A model generated the notes under the pieces. The model was not told the origin of the DNA and did not search any database. It worked only from the letters and a program-made list of their open reading frames with translations. Source: Nemertoderma westbladi (Eukaryota > Animalia > Xenacoelomorpha). From it: 41,446 nt of DNA. Made by a program: the position numbers and the translations under genes. Below are positions 10,687-22,435 of the stretch, one piece after another. The stretch's first letter is position 1; every line of letters begins with the position of its first letter. Where the stretch lies: assembly GCA_032718475.1 (NCBI GenBank), contig JAUCBJ010002668.1:1-41446 (forward strand), given 5' to 3'.

Positions 10687-13600
10687 TTACACCACTGATC
10701 GGTTACTAACTGATGCTGGTTGGTTACACCACTGATCGGTTACTAACTAATGCTGGTTGGTTACACCACTGATCGGTTACTAACTAATGCTGGTTGGTTA
10801 CACCACTGATAAACTGATGCTGGTTGGTTACACCACTGATCGGTTACAAACTAATGCTGGCTGGTTGGTTACACCACTGATCAGTTACTAACTAATGCTG
10901 GTTGGTTACACCACTGATCGGTTACTAACTAATGTTGGTTGGTTACATCACTGATCAGTTACTAACTAATGCTGGTTGGTTACACCACTGATCGGTTACT
11001 AACTAATGCTGGTTGGTTACACCACTGATCGGTTACTAACTAATGCTGGCTGGTTGGTTACATCACTGATCAGTTACTAACTAATGCTGGTTGGTTACAC
11101 CACTGATCGGTTACTAACTAATGCTGGTTGGTTACACCACTGATTACACCACTGATCGGTTACTAACTGATGCTGGTTGGTTACACCACTGATCGGTTAC
11201 TAACTGATGCTGGTTGGTTACACCACTGATCGGTTACTAACTAATGCTGGTTGGTTACACCACTGATCGGTTACTAACTAATGCTGGTTGGTTACACCAC
11301 TGATTACACCACTGATCGGTTACTAACTGATGCTGGTTGGTTACACCACTGATCGGTTACTAACTAATGCTGGTTGGTTACACCACTGATAAACTGATGC
11401 TGGTTGGTTACATCACTGATCGGTTACTAACTAATGCTGGCTGGTTGGTTACACCACTGATCGGTTACTAACTAATGCTGGTTGGTTACACCACTGATCG
11501 GTTACTAACTAATGCTGGCTGGTTGGTTACACCACTGATCGGTTACTAACTAATGCTGGTTGGTTACACCACTGATCGGTTACTAACTAATGCTGGCTGG
11601 TTGGTTACACCACTGATCGGTTACTCCCAGGTTGGAATTCATGCTGCAAAACTCGGACGCGTACCTGCGCGAATGACCGCAAACCAGATGCGCGTTGCGC
11701 GTTTGGGTGAGACAGGTGCGCGTTCGGGTGTGAGACAGGTGCGCGTTGCGCCTCAGCGCGCAGCTCTGCCTCTGATGCGCACCACAAATTAATTGAAATC
11801 ACGAAAATACACAAAAAAATTTCGCTCGCTGCGCTCGCATTAGTTTCTCATTTCCAATTCTTCAAACAGTCAAATCACTTCACCATAATACTGTAATACC
11901 GGCAACCGGAGCTGAATTTGTCTATTTATTTTAACTACAGTACTCTATTGTTGTATTGTTATTAGGTCTATGCTATGCCGATGTTACGTTAGTAAACAGG
12001 TAAAGTCAGAAAGTAACAATGTATTATATTATAAGTATGACTTAATTATAAGCCAACTGTATGTTTAAGCCTAATTGTTAGGTAGGCCTATACAAAGTAT
12101 TATTGGCAGACTGGTACCTATTTCAATATTCGTTTTTTTGAAATTACCGGTACATGTTTTGTTTGTGATCTAAAATAATATTTTCTGTTATAAAAGCAGT
12201 GAGCCCGATGGGCCACCATAGTAGTGGATTAAAAAAATATTTTTTAATATTAACAATTTTGATGTTGCAAAAATTACATTTATTATGTAAGCCTAGATTC
12301 AACGTACTGACAGACAGACGTAAAGATAAGCTTAAAACGCTCAAACTTGTAAAATAGGAATGTAAAATTGTTCTTATGAACTGTGCGATTTTTTGAGATA
12401 TGCATGACATGAGCTGCGCGATTTTGTTTGGATTATGACATATCTGCATATGATGAGGTGCGCGACGAGCCAATTTCAGGTGCGCGGTGATTTCAAAACA
12501 ACAAAGCGTACCTGCGCGCTCATGCATGAATTCCAACCTGGTTACTAACTAATGCTGGTTGGTTACACCACTGATCGGTTACTCACTAATGCTGGTTGGT
12601 TACACCACTGATCGGTTACTAACTAATGCTGGTTGGTTACACCACTGATCAGTTACTAACTAATGCTGGTTGGTTACACCACTGATCGCTTACTAACTAA
12701 TGCTGGTTGGTTACACCACTGATCAGTTACTAACTAATGCTGGTTGGTTACACCACTGATCGTTTACTAACTAATGCTGGTTGGTTACACCACTGATCGG
12801 TTACTAACTAATGCTGGCTGGTTGGTTACACCACTGATCGGTTACTAACTAATGCTGGTTGGTTACACCACTGATCGGTTACTAACTAATGCTGGTTGGT
12901 TACACCACTGATCAGTTACTAACTAATGCTGGTTGGTTACACCACTGATCGTTTACTAACTAATGCTGGTTGGTTACACCACTGATCGTTTACTAACTAA
13001 TGCTGGTTGGTTACACCACTGATCGGTTACTAACTGATGCTGGTTGGTTACACAAGTGATCGGTTACTAACTGATGCTGGTTGGTTACACCACTGATCGG
13101 TTACTAACTAATGCTGGCTGGTTGGTTACACCACTGATCGGTTACTAACTAATGCTGGTTGGTTACACCACTGATCGGTTACTAACTAATGCTGGTTGGT
13201 TACACCACTGATCGGTTACTAACTAATGCTGGTTGGTTACACCACTGATCGGTTACTAACTAATGCTGGCTGGTTGGTTACACCACTGATCGGTTACTAA
13301 CTAATGCTGGTTGGTACTGATCTGTTACTAACTAATGCTGGTTGGTTACACCACTGATCGGTTACTAACTAATGCTGGTTGGTTACACCACTGATCGGTT
13401 ACTAACTAATGCTGGCTGGTTGGTTACACCACTGATCGGTTACTAACTAATGCTGGTTGGTTACACCACTGATCGGTTACTAACTAATGCTGGTTGGTTA
13501 CACCACTGATCGGTTACTAACTAATGCTGGTTGGTTACACCACTGATCGGTTACTAACTAATGCTGGTTGGTTACACCACTGATCGGTTACTAACTAATG

Positions 13601-14354
13601 CTGGTTGGTTACACCACTGATCGGTTACTAACTAATGCTGGCTGGTTGGTTACACCACTGATCGGTTACTAACTAATGCTGGTTGGTACTGATCTGTTAC
13701 TAACTAATGCTGGTTGGTTACACCACTGATCGGTTACTAACTAATGCTGGTTGGTTACACCACTGATTGGTTACTAACTAATGCTGGTTGGTTACACCAC
13801 TGATTGGTTACTAACTAATGCTGGTTGGTTACACCACTGATCGGTTACTAACTAATGCTGGTTGGTTACACCACTGATCGGTTACTAACTAATGCTGGCT
13901 GGTTGGTTACACCACTGATCGGTTACTAACTAATGCTGGTTGGTTACACCACTGATCGGTTACTAACTAATGCTGGTTGGTTACACCACTGATCGGTTAC
14001 TAACTAATGCTGGTTGGTACTGATCTGTTACTAACTAATGCTGGTTGGTTACACCACTGATCGGTTACTAACTAATGCTGGTTGGTTACACCACTGATCG
14101 GTTACTAACTAATGCTGGTTGGTTACACCACTGATCGGTTACTAACTAATGCTGGCTGGTTGGTTACACCACTGATCGGTTACTAACTAATGCTGGTTGG
14201 TACTGATCTGTTACTAACTAATGCTGGTTGGTTACACCACTGATCAGTTACTAACTAATGCTGGTTGGTTACACCACTGATCGGTTACTAACTAATGCTG
14301 GTTGGTTACACCACTGATCGGTTACTAACTAATGTTGGTTGGTTAAACCATTGA
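10650..14354 (+). repeat. 37-bp minisatellite (TCGGTTACTAACTAATGCTGGTTGGTTACACCACTGA), roughly 75 units, split by a MITE
   Basis: Two blocks, 10650-11627 and 12541-14354. The first unit is the last codons plus stop of TADA2B. Recurrent variants: +4 bp (gctg duplication) and a shortened unit (ggtactgatctg). Confidence 0.97.
11628..12540. mobile_element. hAT-like MITE inserted in the 37-bp array
   Basis: 17-bp perfect TIR CAGGTTGGAATTCATGC; 8-bp flanks gttactcc / gttactaa; subterminal TGCGCG repeats. Confidence 0.88.
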
Positions 14355-14689
14355 TTATAATGATACAATGAGGGACATATTGTGAAATATATAGTATATT
14401 ATATATTATACTTGTAAATGTAAATCTGTGTAGATGTTGTATAGTATAAATTATTATAATAATATATTATATGTAATTGTATGAATAAATTATTTACAGT
14501 AAAATACATATAATGTACTTTCTATCAGTTCAGTGGCGTACAAAACTCAATTCGTCCTATGGAATGTTGAGTTTGAACCCCCCCCCCCCCCCCCCCGTGT
14601 CATTGTTTAATACATTGAAATGATGTCAAATGAATAATAAAGTTATTACCGTCGAATTATTACTATTAATCGTCTGCGATTCGATTTAA

Positions 14690-15879
14690 GGCCCCGGTAG
14701 CGCTACATGGACATAACTTTTACATTGCCATGTTAGAGCAACTTCTCATTGTCAGAAACGACCATAACTTTGTATGAAGGTCAATGGAAGATTTTTACTA
14801 TGAATAAAAATAAAAAAATTCAAATTTTTCAATAATTTGGAAAAATATTGACAAATTTTTGGACAAAAATCCAAAAACCTTCAGCAGATTCAATCTTGAG
14901 TATTTTTCTTTCTAATTTTTCAAATCGTATCAAAAAATGTTTGCTCTTTCGATATCTCGAAGCAACGTTTTGAAAATTAATTAACAATTGTCATTTTGGT
15001 GCTGTTTTTTTGTTTTGTTTATTGTTTAATTTTGACAAATTAAAAATTATCAATATTTTATTCAATTTCCATATTGGAATAAAACAATCACAATTCGAGA
15101 TCGAGATATCTAAAGAGAGCACATCAGAGAACCCCTCTGAGCAAAATTTTTGAAAATTGAATTGTCTGAAGCTTTTTTAGGCCAAAAAATACCATTCCGA
15201 GATAATTGCCTTTAAAATTTGAACCTTCCCGCGCAAATATTGTCTGTTAATATGTGAGAAAGTCTGTTAATATATATCTATCAACAAGAAAGCATAAAAA
15301 CATGCTAAAAATTTGGTGGGGGTGTTCCTGGTCGCTGATTTCATTTCTGAGGTCAGTTTTCAATTTTAATACAATCTAGTTTGTCTGTATGTCTGTCTGT
15401 CGGTCTTTCTGACCTTCAGACTTATCTGTCTGTCAAATATTAGAAAAAGGCACATGATTGAGCTAAAAGTTTAGCTATAGGGGTTTTCCTGGTCGCAGAA
15501 TTCATTTCGAGTGTCAATTTTAACATTTGATGACTTCCAAATTGTCTGTTTGGCTGTCAGACTGTCGGTTATATTTTGACAGCACAGGCATACAGACAGA
15601 ACCGACAAGGCCAAATTTGATTAATGACATCATAAAAGAAGTCACCGACCACGAAAACCCATACAGGAAATTTTTTAGACAGATCGTATTTTTATTTTTA
15701 TTGACGGACAGACATACTGACGGAAAAACCGACAGTAAAACGGACAGACAGCAATATCTCGAGAAGTAGGACAGATCTTGCTAAACGGTTTTCAAATTTA
15801 GAATCTTGATAAAAATCTGCTCTAGATGAAGTTAAAAAAATTTTTTGCAAAAAATTATTGAAGTAGCGCTACCGGGGCC
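14690..15879. mobile_element. TTAA-flanked Kolobok-like non-autonomous element
   Basis: Perfect 17-bp TIR GGCCCCGGTAGCGCTAC with TTAA at 14686-14689 and 15880-15883; no real ORF. Confidence 0.88.
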
Positions 15880-15897
15880 TTAAATAAAATTAATCAA

Positions 15898-15990
15898 GGG
15901 GTCGTCCATAAAGGACGTCAGAGTAAACCATGGATTTTCGGACACATCCCCCCCCCCCCTCACCCACTCTACTTCGGACGTCCGTATTTA
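15898..15990. mobile_element. Terminal fragment of a PIF/Harbinger-like MITE
   Basis: GGGGTCGTCCATAAAGGACGTCA followed by a C-run and GGACGTC, a terminal pattern I associate with Harbinger-type MITEs; partner end not found. Confidence 0.4.
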
Positions 15991-16039
15991 CAAACGAAAA
16001 AAAGGTAATAATATTATTATTATTAATTATATTATTATA

Positions 16040-17034
16040 ACCCTATGTGGCGCGGAGGGGTCATATTATAAATTTTTTGTAATTCATCTGTATCTTTGTG
16101 TCAGATTTGTTGCCAAAAACGTGATTTCGTGACTTTTACTAAAATTTAAAGGGCTATCCAACAGAGCAAACGCCATTTACATGGCTATGTTAGTTTTCGT
16201 GCTGTGGTCCCTTTCTGGCACCCATATCCAGTATTGTTCATGCTAAAATTTTCAAAAGTTTTTATGGCTCACAAAAATGAATTTCTTTGCGGTATATAGC
16301 GGTTTTTTGGATGCTGATCACGATTATAGAACTCAATTACAGTATAACATTCGAGAAACATTTTGGAAATTTTGAATGTGCCCCCTGGGGCACGAATATG
16401 ACACTGAAATATATCGTACTAACCAACAAAATTCGATTTTGGCCGTTTGAAATTTTATGTTTATTTTTCGTCCAAACAGACAAGCAGCAAAAACGATAGT
16501 TGTGTTACCACAAATGATTTTTAACGAGTTGTATCGTAATAGATAAGCGACCTTGAAAACCAGTATAGCTTCAGAATTTCCAAACCAAAGGCAAAATTTC
16601 ACAGTTTGAAATTTTTTGCTACATGTACTTTTCGTTCTGGTGCACCAGAATGGCACAAAAATTGGGTTCGCATTACAGTACCATAAATATTTATAACTAG
16701 TTTCCTCGTGATCAGCGACAACGAAAACCCGTGTACGTTCAGAATTATCAAACCAAACACAATTTTTTTTACTTTGACATTTTTTTACTTGTACTTTTCG
16801 AGCTGGGGGTCCAAAATAGCAACAAAAATGATTTTTGCATTGCCGGAAAATTAGTATTAATATACTGTACGAGCGCCCATGTGAAGAATACCAAGATTTC
16901 ACTTTTTGGTCGACTTTAGTCTTTAGTGTCTGCCTTTCACAGGACTTTGTTTTGCGCCTTGCAGACTCTTTAGTGTCTGCAAGGCGTACTCCAAAACGAA
17001 ACTTAATATACAATATCGTTTTATAAATAGTTAA
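16040..17034. mobile_element. Degenerate non-autonomous DNA element
   Basis: GCTGATCACGA motif in both orientations (16314, 16707), 12-bp stem-loop at 16955-16986; termini uncertain. Confidence 0.4.
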
Positions 17035-17992
17035 GGAAATTATTTAACATTACGTATTATATTACGTATTACAAGGGGAAAAAAAACGGATTTCTTTCAA
17101 TATTCTCTCAACCCTATATTATATATATATATTATATTATATTATATAAAATACGTCGAGAATAGTGAAAAAAAAGTAAACAGGAAAATGAATGAAAAAA
17201 TAAAAAGTATTGAAATTTGGCAACATTCAGCAACCGTACTAATTAGATGATCGTACTAAGACTTATCTTTGAATCATTGTTTGAGACCCCACCCCGTTAC
17301 CCACAGAAACAAACTAGTTATCAATATACAACCAATCAACTTACAGCTCCATTCCTATTGACGTCACCACAGCTGAGGAATTAAAGGCACAACAGACAGC
17401 TGTGACGGAGATCAATAAATAGCCAGTAACCTCCCATTATAAATAGCTTACCGATTGTAGTAACATGGAAGTGTCTTGCACTTGTTTTCAATAGTTACGA
17501 TTATCAGTTTCTGATAGAGCAGTTTAAATTTATTAGTAAAAACTCTTGTATATAAGATATTGATCGGTGCCCCATATATACAGACCTATTATTAAATATT
17601 AATAATAATTATTATTAATATTTCATAATAGGTCTATTTGGGATAATAATAATTATTAATAATAATAATTATTATTATTAACAATAATATATGATGTTTT
17701 AGTATATTAAATATTATATATTAAATATACTAAACATCGTTGTAGTTGGACCGACACCAACCACATCCTTAGCTGAATTCCATTACATTTTGTGACAATA
17801 TATATTTATATTATTTACTTCAACTCTTATACATTACAATTTAAAATCCGAGCAGAGCAAGGATTGTAATATACAGTAGATGAGAACTGTAACTTATCAA
17901 ATGCAGGATTACGACTTGGGACAGAATTTGATTTCTTTTATTTAATTCGATATATTTTAAATTTTTCATATTTCATTCACATTTTGATTTTA

Positions 17993-18800
17993 CACAGTCT
18001 GGGCTGTTAAAATATGGCTAAATATTTGTTTTTTTCGAAAAATTTTCAACTTTCCAGTCGCCCTCTAGCGGTCATTGAATGAAACAAGATTTACGGTTAA
18101 AATGCTACTAGTCATTCAATTTTAAGTGAAGTTGTCTGAAACAAATTTTTTTCGAATTATGGAGGTGAGCTTCACAAAAGTTATCGGTTAAAATTTTTAG
18201 TTTAGCCTTTTTATGAAAATTAATTAATATTTATTAATATTAGGCAAAATTTAAACAAAGTTTTGGCTTTAATCTGAAAAATTGACTGTCAAAACAGAAA
18301 TATAAAATTCCAACCGATAACTTTTAAAGAACAGACGAAACCCTTTCGAATGAGCCAAAATTAATGAAAATTGGTTAAAAAATAGCGGATGAGTAGTAAT
18401 TTGAAAAATGTCATTCCGAGATTATAGCCTTCAAATTTTAAACCTTCCCGCCAGAACTGGCTGTCTGTGGTGTGGTTGGTTAATCATTTCTGGAACGAAC
18501 GAAGCACATCACCGAGCTAAAACTTTCATTATCGGGGTTTTCGGGGTCACTGATTTCATATCTGATGTCAGTTTTAAATTTTGGTGAATCTAGTCTGACT
18601 GTCTGTCTTACAATTTGATTGACAGGCCGTCATACAGAAAAACAGCGATAACTCGAGAACTAAAAGAGGTTTCGCTAAGCGGTTTTGAGACTTGAAATCC
18701 TCATTAAATTCTACACTAGATTAAATAGAAAAACTCATATTGAAAATTTTGACATAGGGGAGGGGAGGAGGGGGGGGGGGGGGGGGGTGTACTCCCCCCT
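17993..18800. mobile_element. Non-autonomous DNA element fragment sharing internal motifs with the TTAA-flanked elements
   Basis: Starts CACAGTCTGGG. Contains CATTCCGAGAT..GCCTT..AACCTTCCCGC and GGGGTTTTCGGGGTCACTGATTTCATATCTGA, also seen in 14690-15879 and 39462-40666. Confidence 0.5.
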
Positions 18801-20917
18801 CTAATATGTTATTTTAATTGAAAATGTAGGCCAAATATTAAATTAAAAGAAAGACTTTCAAATTCAATTCATTCCAAGTATTTCTTTCAAATTAAATATT
18901 ACTCATTCGATATTAACACATTGGGAGGCATGATTGGGGGGGGGGGGGGGGGGGGGGTCAATGGCAGAAATGCCGCTCTGCAAATCAACAATGTTATTAT
19001 GAATTAAGGAAATCAAACAGATTATAGTAGCGCGTATTCTAACCAAAACAAAAAACGTTACGGTAGTCAGTTATTGCGTCGATTATTAGTCCCTTGGATT
19101 GCCCAGAACCCCCGCCAGTAATGGATACCGTCAGCTGGACTGATAACATTATTATAAATAAAATACCGGGTAATTACAAAACAAGTCACAACGTGGAAAT
19201 TATTGATCATATTGATTTTGTATTTGAACGTGAGTTAGTAGTAATGGGTTATAGATTTAATGAAGGGGAAATATAAGGTTTCCTTTCATTGGTAATTGGA
19301 ATCCGTATCTGTGTGTAACTGGAAAGAAGTCACTTAAAAATACGGTAAACATCACGAATTAAAGCGCCAGCGCGCATAACTGGACCTAATTCAGTGTTTT
19401 ACCTTCCTACTGCTGTTAGTTGTACCGGTAGCCGATAGGCACTATTAGCTTGCATTATTGTACCATATCAACAAAATTAACTAACTGCTAACTACATCAG
19501 TTGCGGAACCACTATTAGCTTAATTATTTTTATTATTTCAATAATTAAATTCTTAAATTGTTACTTTTTCGCCTAAATATTCCGCAAAATCGAGAGAAAA
19601 ATGTATCTGATAGCATTTTATTGAATTTACTTTTTTTCCCGTCGAAAATAGCAAAATAATGAAAATAAGAAAATATGCAAATAATTTCGGTGGATTTTAA
19701 TAAATTTAGTTACATGTGTTGAAAGAACATCGGTGTAGAAAAGGTTTGCACGGAATTGGTTGAAAATCCATTCACACACTCAATCAATCCGCGTTAACAA
19801 AACCATAACTCAATATCAACAATTAAAGTGTGTATTTAATTTGGTGTTGATTTATGATGGTAACTTTGGAATCTTTTGATTTTGGTCAGTGTTCATTTGG
19901 GTTAATTTACCCCAAGAAGTTCATGGACAAGGTAAAATGTTTCTCATTCTAACTCAATTTTTCTTATCCCGTCTGCAGCAGCAGTTAGTTACCCAGTCTA
20001 CCGCTAGAGGGCAACATTGATCAGGGAAAATCTGTCCAAAATATGTTGTTTATAAATATTATCCTTTCGGTTCGAGTAGATGAGTCGCATACATTTTCTC
20101 ACGTCTTGCGCGACTAAGGCCCCACTTCGTGTAGAGAACGTAGGGAGATGAAACCAAAGAAATATAATTAAAATAAAAATAACAAATTCATAGAAACCAT
20201 TACACCTGGGGATATGAACAACAATGCAGTAGCGGGAAGCCTATTATAACTAGCTCGACGACATGATGCTGCTAATTGCTGTGTATACTACACACTACAC
20301 GGTATGACTGTTGGCGACACAAAATAACAGGAAGGAATATTAGTAGGATAGAATATATTCCGTATCATGTCTATGTCCCCCCCTAGTAGTGCTGCAGAGA
20401 CGTAGCGCTAATTAAACGAATTAAAATAGATGAAATGGAAATGGAGAAATGGAAAGGACATCATTCTGCGACCGAGTGAGAGCGTGAGTGGAAAGGGAAG
20501 GGAAGGATAGAAGGGAGGTGAGGTGGGGGGGGGGGGGGGGGGGGGTGAACCAACAATAATAGTGTATCTAACTTAGCTGGGTAGGGAAGTTAGCCACACA
20601 ATATTATTAAGCGGGCAGTTGTTGTAGTAGCTAGGCCTAGGCGTACTTACCGAGACATTCCTGCCAAACACGTGCCTTACCCGGTCCAATATAGAAGGGT
20701 ACACCAGCAGTAACCAGGCGAGTTGGACCATACAGCAGCGGCGAGTTGGATCCAACACGCAAGTGGTAGGAATGTTTGGTTGGGATTCTACGCCAGCGAG
20801 AGTTACGGTATGAATGAGTCGGCGATGAATCCTCCGTGACCTGGGATTGGTAGTGCAGCTAGCTAGGTGTGCTGCTCGGGCAGCCGTGACCAACTCATGC
20901 ATCAATGTATAGCAGGA

Positions 20918-20925
20918 TTTATATA
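20918..20925 (-). promoter_or_regulatory. Candidate TATA box ahead of a minus-strand first exon ending at donor 20650
   Basis: Minus strand GTATATAAAT, then a GC-richer ~250-nt block ending TCG|GTAAGT. Confidence 0.35.
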
Positions 20926-21608
20926 CACACGGGGCAAAATAAATTATTGGAAGCTGCCAGATTGCGGGCACCGGTTAATATATTTCTTGAGTTAGTTCGG
21001 CCTTCGCGTAACATTAATCGTCTACAAGTAGCGACGTCAAGAGGAAATAAAGTATATTATATTGCCCCATAATTTATTATACGTAGTTTATTAATAGGGA
21101 TTTAGTTTTCAATGTAGTGTGATTTATTATTTATGGCAAGGATATAATTGTTTCCCGGTTGTATACTAATACTGTTAACACACATATAATAATATAGTTA
21201 GATACACCCACAGTACCTCACCTCTACTTATTGATTTTCAGCAGCTAAACATCTATATCAACGCAATGGCATAGGAGCGTCGTTTGTCTTTGTTTCACTT
21301 CCACCCTCTTAATATTTGTAGTAATAAAGTCCAATAATTAAGTAGTTTAATATATTAATTAATTTATTTATTTATTTAATTAGTAATTAATTCCAGAAAG
21401 TTTGTTAAAATCGGTTAAAAAGCAATTTTGTGGAATAAAATTATTTTATTTGAAAAAGGCTCTTTTTCTCACTAATATTTTTAAAATTTGGTTAATTAAT
21501 CTAATTTTTTTTCACTAATTTCTAGAAAATTAGTTAAAAAGTATTTTTTTAACTAATTTTAGCATACAGTACAGCTAGCTCACACAATCTTCCCTCCGAA
21601 TTCCCTCA

Positions 21609-21724
21609 AAATTCAGTTATTCTGCCCTCGTGTGTTGAGTTTTCCACTCGTTGGCATTTTACCTACCAACTTAAACCTGCCAACTCGTTTAAAACTCAAC
21701 CACTCGGACAGAATAGTTGAATTT
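21609..21724. repeat. Imperfect ~115-bp palindrome
   Basis: aaattcagttattctg..gttgagtttt..gttggca pairs with tgccaac..aaaactcaac..cagaatagttgaattt. Confidence 0.65.
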
Positions 21725-22319
21725 CACTAAATTGAAAATGAGTGAAAAAAAGCGGTGTTTTCCGCTTACTTTTTTTTATCGAATAATAGTCCTCTTATTA
21801 TAAATATCCCATACACAGTAATAATGCATTAATATTATTATTTACATCCATTGTCGATATGTCAAAATATGGATAAATATATTAATGGAAGAGAAGACCA
21901 ATTGTTTGGATTTATCATGTTTGGCGCACACAATGTCTCTGAACCTTTTTCATAGAGTTTTAGTACCGGTACAGTATAAATTGGAAAAACCAAATGTGAA
22001 AATTTTTAAATTTTAATAGTGATCTGCGAAGCTGTCAAAGCTGAGTGAAATTCTTTGTACTCTACTTAACTTTCTAAACTTTTTAAGCTCACATACAATC
22101 GTGTCTTACCCTACATGTTGACATTAATATTGTCGAAATTAACGGTAAGAAACTTGATTAATTATGATAATTATTATTTTATTTAATTGGTCCAGTTGAA
22201 ATATAAAGACATTAGTTGATTAATTGGCATGGATTTATAACGAGGAACTTACACATAAAGAAACTCATCTGTTAGTTACGACAAAGATACGGCAAAAAGT
22301 GTGCTGCGAAGAAAGCGAA

Positions 22320-22435
22320 ATGGCACAACAGCAAAATGCACAAGGTGGTCAACAACAGGACCAAAACTTTGATTATATGTTCAAAATATTAATTATTGGA
22401 AATTCATCTGTCGGGAAAACCTCGTTTTTATTTCG
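22320..22435 (+). CDS. RAB3: Rab3 coding exon 1, copy A
   Basis: [42 protein letters not shown], donor |GTGCGT. Confidence 0.85.

Noticed and set aside
10650-14354. 37-bp repeats as a CRISPR array
   Set aside because: Units are head-to-tail with no unique spacers, there are no cas genes, and the context is eukaryotic.
4895-14354. RT plus repeat array as a retron-, DGR- or telomerase-like system
   Set aside because: The RT is an ordinary truncated RTE LINE with its own TSD and has no sequence link to the array.
16333-17013. 226-aa minus-strand ORF
   Set aside because: Non-ATG start, no recognisable domain, lies within a repeat-like element.
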